Shown here one piece after another: positions 37,754-47,049 of a stretch of DNA of 61,042 nucleotides; the first letter of the stretch is position 1, and every line of letters begins with the position of its first letter. The notes beneath the pieces were generated by a model. That model saw nothing but the letters and a program-made list of their open reading frames with translations. It searched no databases and was not told the origin of the DNA. The position numbers and the translations under genes were made by a program. This DNA comes from Candidatus Woesearchaeota archaeon (GTDB taxonomy: Archaea > Nanobdellota > Nanobdellia > Woesearchaeales > JAGVZT01): contig JAGVZT010000047.1 in assembly GCA_018302335.1 (NCBI GenBank), positions 1 to 61,042 on the forward strand. Reading direction: 5' to 3'.

Positions 37754-38878
37754 ATGGACGTCAAGAAGGGTCTTGAGGGTCTGGTCGTCGATGTCACGAG
37801 GAAGAGCCTCGTGGACGGAGAGAACGGAAAGCTCGTCATCTGCGGCTACGACATCGCCGAGCTGTGCGAAAAATCCACTTTTGAAGAAAGCATCTTCCTC
37901 GTGTGGAACGAGCGGCTGCCCACGAAGTCGGAGCTCGATTCCCTCAGTCAGCGGCTCACTGCCGAGATGCAGCTCTCTCCTCCCATGGTGGGGCTGCTGG
38001 AGTCCTTTCCCGTCAATGCGAATCCCATGGACGTGCTGCGCACGGCGCTCTCCGCCTATGCGGTGTTTCACATTCCTCCCCCGAAGGGCATCGAGAAGTC
38101 GCGTGCGGACGCAGCGAGTACCATCGTCGGCCAGATTGCCTCGCTCGTGCCCGCCTGGGGCAGAATCTCCCGGGGGACGGCGAACATCGCCCCGAGAGGA
38201 GACCTGTCCATCGCCGGCAATTTCCTGTACATGCTGCAGGGGAGCGAGGCGAGCAAGGAGGAGACGCGCATCCTCGACGAGGCGCTCATCATGCACATCG
38301 ACCACAATCTCAACGCGAGTACCTTCACCGCCCGCGTTGTCGCGTCCACCATGGCAGACCTCTACGGAGCGGTGACTGCGGGCATCGCGGCCCTGAAGGG
38401 CCCGCTGCACGGCGGTGCGAACGAGAAGGCCCTGAAGGAGCTGCAGGACATCTGGGTCAACGCGAACCAGGCCTATCCCCAGCCCGTGGAGCAGCAGGTG
38501 CTCGACAAGCTCGCTCGCAAGGAGAAGATCATGGGCATCGGCCACCGGGAGTACAAGGTGAAGGACCCGAGAAGCTCCATCATCGAGGAGCACGCGAAGC
38601 GCCTCGCTCCCGCAGGGCTGTACCAGACCGCGAAGACGGTGGAGGAGGTCATGGTCCGCGAGCGAGGGCTGTACCCCAACGTCGATTTCTTCTCCGGGAT
38701 GGTGTACGAGGCGCTGGGCATACCATCCGCGCTGTTCACCCCGCTCTTCGCGGTGAGCCGCGCCCCGGGCTGGATTGCCCATGTCCAGGAGCAGTACGCG
38801 GACAACCGCATCATCCGGCCTCGCGCTGAATACGTCGGCGAGCCGTTGCGGAGCTATGTTCCCATCGAGAAGCGCTGA
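37754..38878 (+). CDS. gltA: Citrate (or 2-methylcitrate) synthase
   Basis: KKGLEG, HIDHNLNASTFTARV, LKGPLHGGANE, MGIGHREYK..DPR, YPNVDFFSG, IIRPRA. Confidence 0.93.
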   Translation: MDVKKGLEGLVVDVTRKSLVDGENGKLVICGYDIAELCEKSTFEESIFLVWNERLPTKSELDSLSQRLTAEMQLSPPMVGLLESFPVNANPMDVLRTALSAYAVFHIPPPKGIEKSRADAASTIVGQIASLVPAWGRISRGTANIAPRGDLSIAGNFLYMLQGSEASKEETRILDEALIMHIDHNLNASTFTARVVASTMADLYGAVTAGIAALKGPLHGGANEKALKELQDIWVNANQAYPQPVEQQVLDKLARKEKIMGIGHREYKVKDPRSSIIEEHAKRLAPAGLYQTAKTVEEVMVRERGLYPNVDFFSGMVYEALGIPSALFTPLFAVSRAPGWIAHVQEQYADNRIIRPRAEYVGEPLRSYVPIEKR

Positions 38879-38887
38879 GGTGCGAGC

Positions 38888-39982
38888 ATGACATACCACG
38901 TGACGCTGATCACCGGAGACGGCACCGGACCTGAGCTTGCGCAGCAGATACGCCGCTGCGTGGACGCCACGGGCGTCGACATCGCGTGGGACCCGCAGGA
39001 GGCGGGCGTCGATGTCTACGCGCGCGAGGGCACTCCGCTTCCCCAGCGCGTGCTGGATTCTGTCCGGAAGAACAAGGTGGCAATCAAGGCTCCCATCACC
39101 ACCCCGGTCGGCACGGGATTCCGCAGCGTCAATGTCGCGCTGCGGAAGGAGCTGGACCTCTACCAGTGCATCCGGCCGGTGAAGTCCTACAAGGGCGTCC
39201 GCTCGAGGTTCGAGAACATCGACCTGGTCATCTTCCGAGAGAACACGGATGACCTGTACGTCGGAGTCGAGTTCGAGCAGGCGAAGCCGGAGACGCTGGA
39301 GCTCATCCTCAAGATTCAGGAGCTGAACTCGGACGGGAAGGTCATCCGGCAGGACTCCGGGCTGAGCATCAAGCCGATAAGCATCTTCCGCACCGAGCGC
39401 ATCGTCAGGGCCGCGTTCGAGTACGCGCGCTCGCACGGCCGGAAGAAGGTCACCGCGGTGCACAAGGCCAACATCATGAAATTCACCGACGGCCTTTTCC
39501 TCGCGACCGCGCGCGAGGTCGCGAAGCGGTACCCGGACATCGCGTTCGAGGACCGCATCGTGGACAACATGTGCATGCAGCTGGTCCAGAAGCCGGAGCT
39601 GTACGATGTCTTAGTGCTTCCCAACCTCTACGGCGACATCATCAGCGACCTCTGCGCCGGGCTCATCGGCGGGCTGGGCATCGCCCCAGGAGCGAACATC
39701 GGGGACAAGTACGCGGTGTTCGAGGCCGTGCACGGCAGCGCGCCGAAGTACGCGGGGATGAACAAGGTCAATCCCACCGCGGTCATCCTCTCCGCGGTGC
39801 TCATGCTGGAGCATCTGGGCGAGAAGGACGCGGCGCGCAGGCTGGAGTCCGCGGTCGCCGGGGTCATCGCGGAAGGAAAGCGCGTCACCTACGATCTCAA
39901 GCAGGACCGGGACGACCCCACTGCAGTGGGGACGAAGGAGATGGCCGACGCCATCATCGCCAGGCTGCGGAAGACTCGGTAG
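38888..39982 (+). CDS. icd: Isocitrate/isopropylmalate dehydrogenase family, likely isocitrate dehydrogenase
   Basis: [59 protein letters not shown]; directly follows citrate synthase. Confidence 0.88.
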   Translation: MTYHVTLITGDGTGPELAQQIRRCVDATGVDIAWDPQEAGVDVYAREGTPLPQRVLDSVRKNKVAIKAPITTPVGTGFRSVNVALRKELDLYQCIRPVKSYKGVRSRFENIDLVIFRENTDDLYVGVEFEQAKPETLELILKIQELNSDGKVIRQDSGLSIKPISIFRTERIVRAAFEYARSHGRKKVTAVHKANIMKFTDGLFLATAREVAKRYPDIAFEDRIVDNMCMQLVQKPELYDVLVLPNLYGDIISDLCAGLIGGLGIAPGANIGDKYAVFEAVHGSAPKYAGMNKVNPTAVILSAVLMLEHLGEKDAARRLESAVAGVIAEGKRVTYDLKQDRDDPTAVGTKEMADAIIARLRKTR

Positions 39983-39998
39983 GGCCGGCCGCATTCCT

Positions 39999-40066
39999 CG
40001 GCCGCATTGCCATACGCTTCCCGCGTTGTCTCGCAGTGATTCCGGTGATTCTCAGCAGCGCGGCCG
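39999..40066 (-). repeat. 68-bp CGGCCG-bounded intergenic repeat
   Basis: Reverse complement CGGCCGCGCTGCTGAGAATCACCGGAATCACTGCGAGACAACGCGGGAAGCGTATGGCAATGCGGCCG. Confidence 0.88.
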
Positions 40067-40136
40067 GGCGTCTCCGCGCTTTTTCTGCAACACTCCGGCC
40101 GTGAGGTATAAATAGGACCTCTGCCAGAGGGCTGGC

Positions 40137-40565
40137 ATGCAGCTGGCGTCAGGCTATGAAGCGGAACTCGTGTTGGGGCTCATCGGCTCGCTGATTGCCG
40201 GATATCTCATTGGCGCAGAGCGCGAGTCGCGCAGGAAGCCCGCGGGCATCAGCACGCACAGCCTCGTGATAGGAGGCTCGATGTTCTTCACCTTCCTCTC
40301 GCCGCTGCTCGGCCCGGACTCGCCGGACCGCATCGCCGCGGGCATCGTGAGCGGCATCGGCTTCCTTGGAGCGGGCATCATCCTGCGCGGCCAGTCCGGC
40401 CACATCACCAATCTCACCACCGCGGCGGGCATCTGGTTCAGCGCCTCCATAGGGATGGCGCTGGGGATGGGATGGTACCTCGCGGCGGCCATCATGACCA
40501 TCTTCTCCATCGCCGTGCCCCGCATCCCTCACCTGCAGTCGCACGTGGGAATCCAGAGCGACTAG
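40137..40565 (+). CDS. MgtC/SapB family membrane protein
   Basis: IGAERE..KPAGISTH, RIAAGIVSGIGFLGAG, NLTTAAGIW. Confidence 0.93.
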   Translation: MQLASGYEAELVLGLIGSLIAGYLIGAERESRRKPAGISTHSLVIGGSMFFTFLSPLLGPDSPDRIAAGIVSGIGFLGAGIILRGQSGHITNLTTAAGIWFSASIGMALGMGWYLAAAIMTIFSIAVPRIPHLQSHVGIQSD

Positions 40566-41677
40566 AGGAAGCGCTCCACCACTGAAGGCACGAGGGTCGC
40601 GCTGTCCACCCGGAAGAGGTACCGTTTCTTTTTCGTGAGCCAGCCCTGGGCGCCCTTTTCGTCCAGCACGAGTTTCGCTCCCTTGAGGTCCTGCTCGAAT
40701 CTCGTCGCGCCGTCCGCGAACCAGGTCAGCACGGGGATCCAAATCCGGTGGAGTCCCTTCGCAGGGGCGAGGTCGCCGTCGTAGTCGTTGCCGATGGCGA
40801 TTGCCTTGCTCTCGGGCACGTTCCCGATGAGCTCCCGGTAGAGCCTGGGCGTCTTCACGCTGACCACGCGGACCTGCTCCCGCGGGATCCAGCGGGTCAT
40901 CCTGCACACCTCGTACTTCCGCCACTGGGCGTTGAGCTGGTTGTCGGTCACCGTCCGCGGGTTGTCCCTTGGCCCCTTGGTGAGGAGGGCCATCCGCGCG
41001 TGCTGCCTGAAATAATCGAGCATGTCCTCTGCGCCGGGGAGGAACTCCGGGAGGACATGGAAGGCCTTCCTTCCGATTTCCTCCGCCTGGTAGGCATGCT
41101 CCCACTCCGGACGCGCTCCGAGAAGATGGCAGGAGAAGAGGTAGGCCTCCAGGCAGGCCAGGGGGAACCGTCCCTGGTTGTACGGCTGCCCCTCGCTCCG
41201 GAAGGTGTGGTACTTCTGGACCTCCTCCAGATGGATGGCATGCGCCATGATGCGCAGGGCCACAGCGGCAGTGGTGTCCGCGCCCGCGTTCTTCAGGCGG
41301 CCGAGCGCGCGCAGGAGGAGCGCCTCATCCATGCATGGCGCCGCTTGCAGGAGGTTGACGCGCTCTGCCCATCCCTCTCCGCTCCGCGATGCGTGGAGCT
41401 TCTCGATGGCGTCCTTTTCCTGGAGCCAGAAGGCCGCGGCCTCCCTGCTGAGCATCCCGTCCAGCAGCTCATCGACGTCCTGTGTGGGATGCTCCGTGGC
41501 CAGGAGCGCATCCCGCACGTTTCGCGCGAGGGTGCGCGCCTCCCCAAGGCAGCTGTCCAGCTGCTCCGCGAACACCGCGGTGAGCCAGACGAGGAACTCG
41601 GCCTTGGCGCCGGTGAAATACTTCTTGCAGGGGATGAGGGTGTCGTCGAAGTCGAACACCGCCGCTCGCACCGTCAT
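40562..41677 (-). CDS. HAD-superfamily hydrolase with a long helical cap insertion
   Basis: Motif I FDFDDTL, motif II LLTKG, motif III K (VSVKTP), motif IV IGNDYDGDL. Confidence 0.85.
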   Translation of the reverse strand: MTVRAAVFDFDDTLIPCKKYFTGAKAEFLVWLTAVFAEQLDSCLGEARTLARNVRDALLATEHPTQDVDELLDGMLSREAAAFWLQEKDAIEKLHASRSGEGWAERVNLLQAAPCMDEALLLRALGRLKNAGADTTAAVALRIMAHAIHLEEVQKYHTFRSEGQPYNQGRFPLACLEAYLFSCHLLGARPEWEHAYQAEEIGRKAFHVLPEFLPGAEDMLDYFRQHARMALLTKGPRDNPRTVTDNQLNAQWRKYEVCRMTRWIPREQVRVVSVKTPRLYRELIGNVPESKAIAIGNDYDGDLAPAKGLHRIWIPVLTWFADGATRFEQDLKGAKLVLDEKGAQGWLTKKKRYLFRVDSATLVPSVVERFL

Positions 41678-41741
41678 GGGGCTGCACGGGCGATGGTGCT
41701 ATTTATACCAGCCGGATGGAACTGTTTTGTAGAGTCAGCAG

Positions 41742-41809
41742 CGGCCGCATTGCTGAGAATTTCCGCTATTCCGGTGAGACAGCCCGGAACCCGTGCGGCA
41801 TTCCGGCCG
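41742..41809 (+). repeat. 68-bp CGGCCG-bounded intergenic repeat (near-consensus copy)
   Basis: CGGCCGCATTGCTGAGAATTTCCGCTATTCCGGTGAGACAGCCCGGAACCCGTGCGGCATTCCGGCCG. Confidence 0.95.
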
Positions 41810-41817
41810 GAAATCGG

Positions 41818-42285
41818 TTATGGAGTCGGATGGAAATGCACCGTGTGGCTGGCCAGCTTGCCATCTGCGTACACGAATTTTCCGGAGAAGAAATCCTCGC
41901 GGTCCAGCCACGGGAGGAACACCCGGTCGCCTTCCCAGAGCTCAAGGGCGAGGAGTTCGCTGTCCGGCACCCAGCGGAGCACGCCCTCCGGTGAGTCGAT
42001 GAGCTGCCCCTCGAACTGCTCCGCGGTGAAGACGAAGACGTACCAGTCCTCGATGCCATCGAAGGCCGGGAAGGTGAGGATACCCCGCAGTCTCGGAGAT
42101 GCGATGTCCAGCCCGCTCTCCTCCTGGACCTCGCGGATGACGCATTCCTCCGGGGACTCGCCGGGGATGACCTTGCCGCCGAGGCCGTTCCACTTGCCCT
42201 GGTGCATGTCCCGCTCCTTCTTGATGCGGTGGAGCATGAGCGTCCTGCCGCTGCTGCGCACATAGCAGAGGGTGCCGAGCATCAT
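41818..42285 (-). CDS. NUDIX hydrolase, 8-oxo-dGTP diphosphatase (MutX/MTH1-like)
   Basis: KWNGLGGK..GESPEECVIREVQEESG Nudix box; LWEGD. Confidence 0.93.
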   Translation of the reverse strand: MMLGTLCYVRSSGRTLMLHRIKKERDMHQGKWNGLGGKVIPGESPEECVIREVQEESGLDIASPRLRGILTFPAFDGIEDWYVFVFTAEQFEGQLIDSPEGVLRWVPDSELLALELWEGDRVFLPWLDREDFFSGKFVYADGKLASHTVHFHPTP

Positions 42286-42318
42286 GCCGCGTGGTCTGCG
42301 GTCGTCCTTTTATACCTT

Positions 42319-42378
42319 CGGTCGTGCAGGCTGCGGACGGTCTGGCTGGAATCCCGGAGATTCTCAGCATCAGGGCCG
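42319..42378 (-). repeat. CGGCCG-bounded repeat, 60-bp copy
   Basis: Reverse complement CGGCCCTGATGCTGAGAATCTCCGGGATTCCAGCCAGACCGTCCGCAGCCTGCACGACCG. Confidence 0.75.
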
Positions 42379-42441
42379 ACCACGACTCCTTTGACAGAGC
42401 GAGGCGGCAGCCTTATAATAGAAAGAGGACGCGCTCTCCGG

Positions 42442-43065
42442 ATGGATCTCGCAGACATACTTCGCGAAGGCACCAAGGACGCCCACCGCAGGACGGAGAG
42501 GGGGGTGCCGCTGCGCGCGGTGAAACGGTTTCTTTCACGCGAGGTGTACAGCAGCTATCTCCGCGACCTGCATGACGTCTACGAAGCGCTTGAATCCGGG
42601 CTTGAGCAAGCGCAGCATCCCTTGGTGGCGCCTCTCCGCATCCCCGAGCTCTACCGGACGCATGCCCTCGAAGAAGACCTCCTTTACTTCTGCGGCGCAG
42701 GGTGGGCGACAGCGCAGGTGAGTCCCGCTGGCGCTGCCTACCGGTCGCGCCTCGAGGAGCTGGCATCGCAGCAGCCGGAACTGCTTGTCTCGCACGCCTA
42801 TGTCCGCTATCTCGGGGACCTGTTCGGCGGGCAGGTCATCCGGAAAATCATCCGCGCGGCCCTGCAACTGCCGAAGGGAGAAGGCACTGCGTTCTACGAA
42901 TTTCCTCTTGGCATCAAAGAGGGGCGCGACTCCGTCCGGAGCGCCCTCAACGCCCTTCCCGTGGACGAAGCCATGTCCCAGCGGCTCGTCGCGGAGGCGA
43001 ACTACGCTTTCGAGCTCACCGGTGCGATTTTCCGAGAGCTTGCCAACGCCGGGACTGGGATTTGA
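42442..43065 (+). CDS. Heme oxygenase (biliverdin-producing, HO-1 type)
   Basis: LREGTKDAH (proximal His), VYEALE, PELYR..LEEDL, HAYVRYLGDLFGGQ, FYEF, EANYAF. Confidence 0.92.
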   Translation: MDLADILREGTKDAHRRTERGVPLRAVKRFLSREVYSSYLRDLHDVYEALESGLEQAQHPLVAPLRIPELYRTHALEEDLLYFCGAGWATAQVSPAGAAYRSRLEELASQQPELLVSHAYVRYLGDLFGGQVIRKIIRAALQLPKGEGTAFYEFPLGIKEGRDSVRSALNALPVDEAMSQRLVAEANYAFELTGAIFRELANAGTGI

Positions 43066-43130
43066 ACCCAGAAATCCTTGCGGAAACAGGATTTCCAGTC
43101 CTGCGCACTACCAGGTTATGCGATCCCGGC
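43047..43130 (-). tRNA. tRNA-Ser (GGA), no intron, CCA not encoded
   Basis: Acceptor GCCGGGA/TCCCGGC, anticodon arm CAGGA-CT-GGA-AA-TCCTG, long variable arm, T arm CTGGG-TTCAAAT-CCCAG, discriminator G; TATA ~43160-43168. Confidence 0.95.
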
Positions 43131-43172
43131 ACGAATCAGGACGGCGGGGGAACGTGGCCCTTAAAAAAGCTT

Positions 43173-43619
43173 TCAGTCCCAGAGGCCGCGGGTCACCCCA
43201 CGGCGGCGCCACTGCTCCAGCGCTTGGGGACAGACGATGTTGACGCGCAGCCCATAGGCGTCGCTGACCTCGGCCGCCGCCCGCTCGAGCCTGGCAGGTA
43301 CGAAACCCTCGCGGAGGAACACGTAGACATTCCCGGAATACTGGCGGCCGCGGGACTGCTCAAGACGGACAGCCTCAGCAATGCGACCGAGCTGTTCGGT
43401 GTACTCCGAAGGCCTCTTCTTCCCGGTGAACGCCTCGATGACCGTGCCATCGCGAGTCACGATGTCGAAATCAGTCAGCTCGCTGCCGTCCTCCCGGTAG
43501 ATGATGCGATGCACATCCTGCACGGCAGGCTCGCCCACGAAGCCGCGCACCGCCTCTTCCAGAGAAGAGCGTTCCTGCTGCTGCACACCCCTGCGGTCTA
43601 GCAGGGTCCCCAGGTCCAT
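43173..43619 (-). CDS. Hypothetical protein, possible PD-(D/E)xK-fold nuclease
   Basis: LEEAV..TDFDIVTRDGTVIEAFTG..EQL resembles E..D..ExK..QL, but the Lys is absent. Confidence 0.6.
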   Translation of the reverse strand: MDLGTLLDRRGVQQQERSSLEEAVRGFVGEPAVQDVHRIIYREDGSELTDFDIVTRDGTVIEAFTGKKRPSEYTEQLGRIAEAVRLEQSRGRQYSGNVYVFLREGFVPARLERAAAEVSDAYGLRVNIVCPQALEQWRRRGVTRGLWD

Positions 43620-43766
43620 GATACCCTAGGGGGGTGGGTATTTAAAAGATTTGTCACTGGACGGTAGAATATACGTTCCGAGCCGCTTCGTCCGGAATGA
43701 CTGCCCCACTCTGTCGGCAACAATCATAAATATCCTTCAGATTCCCATGACGCGGAGGCACGAACC

Positions 43767-44186
43767 ATGACCGATGAGCGGACTATCGGAGATATCCTTA
43801 CCGAGGGGAGACAGCGGCTGGAGATTCTGGCAGAGAAGGGAAGCAAGCGCACGAGAGACTTCGCCGAGAGCCTGGAGCCTCAAATCCAGGAGCTTCGCGC
43901 CCAGTCCCGGGAGCAGGCTTCGCGCGTGGAGAAGGAAGTGCGCGGAACCTGGAAGCGCGCGCAGGAGGAGGAGCATCTCGGCTATACCATGCTCACCTCG
44001 GGATACCGCGCAGTGCAAGGTGGAGCGCGCAAGGTCCTCGCGGCGAAGCCAGACATGGGGCTCAAGCAGGCTGCGAGCTACGCCGCGGAAATCGCGGGAG
44101 GGGCGTTCGTGGCCGCGCTGGGCGTTCCGGTCTATCTCGCAGAGGAGGGCGCACGGGCGCTGCTCCGGAAAAAGAAGACGAACTGA
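43767..44186 (+). CDS. Hypothetical helical protein
   Basis: SD GGAGG; charged amphipathic N-terminus; C-terminus similar to the next gene. Confidence 0.75.
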   Translation: MTDERTIGDILTEGRQRLEILAEKGSKRTRDFAESLEPQIQELRAQSREQASRVEKEVRGTWKRAQEEEHLGYTMLTSGYRAVQGGARKVLAAKPDMGLKQAASYAAEIAGGAFVAALGVPVYLAEEGARALLRKKKTN

Positions 44187-44296
44187 GGGGGTCTTTCTTG
44201 TACGCCCATGCCACCTGACGGCATGAACGCTTCTCTTTCCGACCAGTGAATATAATAATCCGTATACTAATAGGGACTTAATGTGTTGGTGGTGCG

Positions 44297-44500
44297 ATGG
44301 CTGGCATGCTCGACCTGATGGGTCATGAGATGGTCTCGTCCGGCATGAGGACCGTGCGGCGAGGGGTGCGCGCTCTCTTCGAGGAAGACGAGTTCGCCGG
44401 CAGCATCGGGGACAGCGCGGACATCCTCGGGGGCGCTCTCGCTGTCGCGCTGGGAATGCCTGTCTACGCTCTTGAGACACTCACGAAGAAGAGGCGCTAG
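44297..44500 (+). CDS. Small hypothetical protein, paralogous to the C-terminus of the upstream ORF
   Basis: [21 protein letters not shown] vs AAEIAGGAFVAALGVPVYLAE; SD-like GGTGGTG. Confidence 0.7.
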   Translation: MAGMLDLMGHEMVSSGMRTVRRGVRALFEEDEFAGSIGDSADILGGALAVALGMPVYALETLTKKRR

Positions 44501-44808
44501 CGCTCCACCATCTCAATCTCGATGTGCAGCCCTTCCGGGATGGGCACGCGCATGATGAGGCGGAGGGCGCGCTCATCGACGGCGAGGTCGATGAGCCGCT
44601 TGTGCACGCGCATCTCGAATCTGTCCCAGGTCGCGGTCCCGTCTCCCGATGGAGATTTTCTCGTGGTGACCTTGAGCTTCTTCGTCGGAAGGGGGATGGG
44701 GCCGCTCATGTCCACGCCCGTCTTCTGGACGATGTCCCGGATGTAGTCGCACGTCTGGTTGATCTTGTCAATCTCCGTGCTGACCAGCTTGATGCGCGCG
44801 CGTTGCAT
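44497..44808 (-). CDS. rps10: 30S ribosomal protein S10 (uS10)
   Basis: [41 protein letters not shown]. Confidence 0.97.
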   Translation of the reverse strand: MQRARIKLVSTEIDKINQTCDYIRDIVQKTGVDMSGPIPLPTKKLKVTTRKSPSGDGTATWDRFEMRVHKRLIDLAVDERALRLIMRVPIPEGLHIEIEMVER

Positions 44809-44810
44809 GG

Positions 44811-46094
44811 TTACTTCTTCACCAGTTCGATGCACATCCCCGCTGCGACCGTCTGGCCGGAGTCGCGCACCGCGAAGCGGGCGAGCTGGGGAATGTCCTT
44901 CTGCACCTCAATCACCACCGGATGCACCGGCTTGACCCTGACCTTCGCCGCGTCGCCGTTGCGGAGCATATCCACCTTGCCCTCGGACACGCCGGTCGCG
45001 GGGTTGATCTTGTCGATAATCTCGGTAATCTGGCAGGCGACCTGCGCGGTGTGGATGTGGAACACCGGGGTATAGCCCGCGGTGAGCACCGTCGGATGGT
45101 TCAGCACCACAATCTGCGCCGTGAACTCCGTCGCGATGGTGGGCACATTGTCCGAGCGTCCCAGGACGTCGCCGCGCGCCACGTCCTTCTTGGTGACGCC
45201 GCGGATGTTGAACCCGACGTTGTCTCCGGGCTCAGCCTCGTTCATGGACTCGTGGTGCATCTCGATGGACTTGACTTCGCCGGAGACTCCCTTGCCATCA
45301 CGGCCCGGGACCACGGTGACCTTGTCGTTGACCTTCATCTTGCCGGTCTCGATGCGTCCCACGCACACGACGCCGATGCCGGTGATGTTGTACACGTCCT
45401 GCAGGGGCAGGCGCAGCGGGAGGTTCACGGGCTTCTCGGGAACCTTGAGGTTGTCCACCGCCTGCACCAGCGTCGGGCCTGCGTACCAGGTGGTGTTCTC
45501 GCTCTTCTTCACGATGTTGTCGCCGTGGAATCCACTGGTGGGGATGAACTGAATCTGGTCGGGCTTGTAGCCCACGACTTTCAGGAGCTTGCTCACCTCT
45601 TCCTTGACCTCCTCGAAGCGCTTCTGGTCCCACTTGGCCATGTCCATCTTGTTCACGTCGACGATGAGCTGGCCGACTCCCAGGGTCTTCGAGAGGAAGA
45701 TGTGCTCCTTGGTCTGCTGCTGCACCCCCTCTCCGGGGTTGGCGCTCACGACCAGCACTGCGGCGTCCGCCTGGCTTGCTCCGGTAATCATGTTCTTCAC
45801 GAAGTCCCGGTGGCCTGGGGCGTCGATGATGGTGAAATAGTACTTCGGGGTGTCGAACCTGCGGTGCGCGAGGTCGATGGTGAGACCACGCTCCTGCTCC
45901 TCCTTCAGGTTGTCCATGACATAGGCGAACTCGAAGCCGGGCTTGCCGAGCTCCTTCGCCTTGTCCTTGAGCTTGCGCATGGTCTGCTCATCGACATTCC
46001 CGGAATCGTACATGAGCCTGCCGACTGTGGTGGACTTGCCGTGGTCCACGTGCCCGATGAAAATCAGATTCAGGTGTTCCTTCGTCCTTGCCAT
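44811..46094 (-). CDS. tuf: Translation elongation factor EF-1 alpha
   Basis: [56 protein letters not shown]. Confidence 0.98.
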   Translation of the reverse strand: MARTKEHLNLIFIGHVDHGKSTTVGRLMYDSGNVDEQTMRKLKDKAKELGKPGFEFAYVMDNLKEEQERGLTIDLAHRRFDTPKYYFTIIDAPGHRDFVKNMITGASQADAAVLVVSANPGEGVQQQTKEHIFLSKTLGVGQLIVDVNKMDMAKWDQKRFEEVKEEVSKLLKVVGYKPDQIQFIPTSGFHGDNIVKKSENTTWYAGPTLVQAVDNLKVPEKPVNLPLRLPLQDVYNITGIGVVCVGRIETGKMKVNDKVTVVPGRDGKGVSGEVKSIEMHHESMNEAEPGDNVGFNIRGVTKKDVARGDVLGRSDNVPTIATEFTAQIVVLNHPTVLTAGYTPVFHIHTAQVACQITEIIDKINPATGVSEGKVDMLRNGDAAKVRVKPVHPVVIEVQKDIPQLARFAVRDSGQTVAAGMCIELVKK

Positions 46095-46203
46095 GTTGAG
46101 TGACCTCCAGTCTGCCCTTGAAGATGGGGCGCGTCAAGGGTTCCAGCGATGCTTTATAAATCTTTTCTTCGGGCGGCTCTCGCGAAACCCCTGGGCAAAG
46201 AGG

Positions 46204-46271
46204 CGGTCGGAATCCTCGGCGTATCGGGGAGGACGGCGAGACAACCCGGAACACGGCCGACCTTCCTGCCG
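46204..46271 (+). repeat. 68-bp intergenic repeat, diverged copy
   Basis: CGGTCGGAATCCTCGGCGTATCGGGGAGGACGGCGAGACAACCCGGAACACGGCCGACCTTCCTGCCG; lies between divergent TATA boxes. Confidence 0.75.
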
Positions 46272-46341
46272 GGAGAAGGGAGGTTTTCTCCACGGCCGCC
46301 GCCGCGAAGAGTTTATATATCCGGCGGACGGGCAGCGTCCC

Positions 46342-47049
46342 GTGCCCCACAAGAAGCAGCCTGACTTGCATCTTGACCTGGAGCCCCCGATGCACGAGCA
46401 CCGCCGGCAGAAGGTCGACCGCGTGGCGTACGGCGCTGCGAGCATCGCGCTCATCACCCTCGCGGTGCTCTTCCGGGAGGAGCTCGGCGCCCTGGTTGTG
46501 CCGGTGTTCGGGGTCATCCTCCTGCTCATCATGTACGAGCTGCGTACCCCGGTGGTGCGCATCGAGCGCCTGGCGCTCTTCATGGTGATGTTCCTCCTGT
46601 TCGTGACCTGGGGGCTTTTCACCCTGGACAGCAGGGTGGCACGCCTGCTTGACTTCCAGGAAAGGGAGCTGTCGCCCGCCATTGGGGAGATGCGGCAGTG
46701 GAGCCAGTCGCGGCGGCTGCTCCAGCCGGCGCGCGTCCAGGTCCAGCTCGTGCAATGGAATGGAAGTGTCAGCATCCCTGAAGCTCTGGAATGGCGCTCG
46801 GTGACCGGTCCGAGCATGCAGCCCGCCATCTTCCCGGGCCATACCGTGCTGCTCCGTCCCTACGCCGAGGGGATGGGCCTGCGCGAGGGCCATATCATCC
46901 GCTTCGTCCGGGACGGCCAGGCTGAGGTCCACCGCATCGTGGCGGTCTACGACGACGAGGTCGTCACTCAGGGGGACAACGCGCTGGAGCGCGAGACCAT
47001 CACCCGGGACATGGTGACCCATGTCGCGGTGGGGGTACTGTTCACATGA
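46342..47049 (+). CDS. Membrane protein with C-terminal S26 signal-peptidase-like domain
   Basis: Three TM helices, then VTGPSMQP (Ser), EVHRIV (His), TQGDN. Start GTG 46342 or ATG 46390. Confidence 0.8.
   Translation: MPHKKQPDLHLDLEPPMHEHRRQKVDRVAYGAASIALITLAVLFREELGALVVPVFGVILLLIMYELRTPVVRIERLALFMVMFLLFVTWGLFTLDSRVARLLDFQERELSPAIGEMRQWSQSRRLLQPARVQVQLVQWNGSVSIPEALEWRSVTGPSMQPAIFPGHTVLLRPYAEGMGLREGHIIRFVRDGQAEVHRIVAVYDDEVVTQGDNALERETITRDMVTHVAVGVLFT

Noticed and set aside
42442..43619. Integrated provirus or island at tRNA-Ser
   Set aside because: No integrase, no duplicated att sequence and no viral genes seen in the window.
43650..43720. Possible further repeat copy (AGAATATACG..TTCC..CCGGAA) between divergent promoters
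   Set aside because: Lacks the CGGCCG ends and is too diverged to call by eye; needs a profile search.
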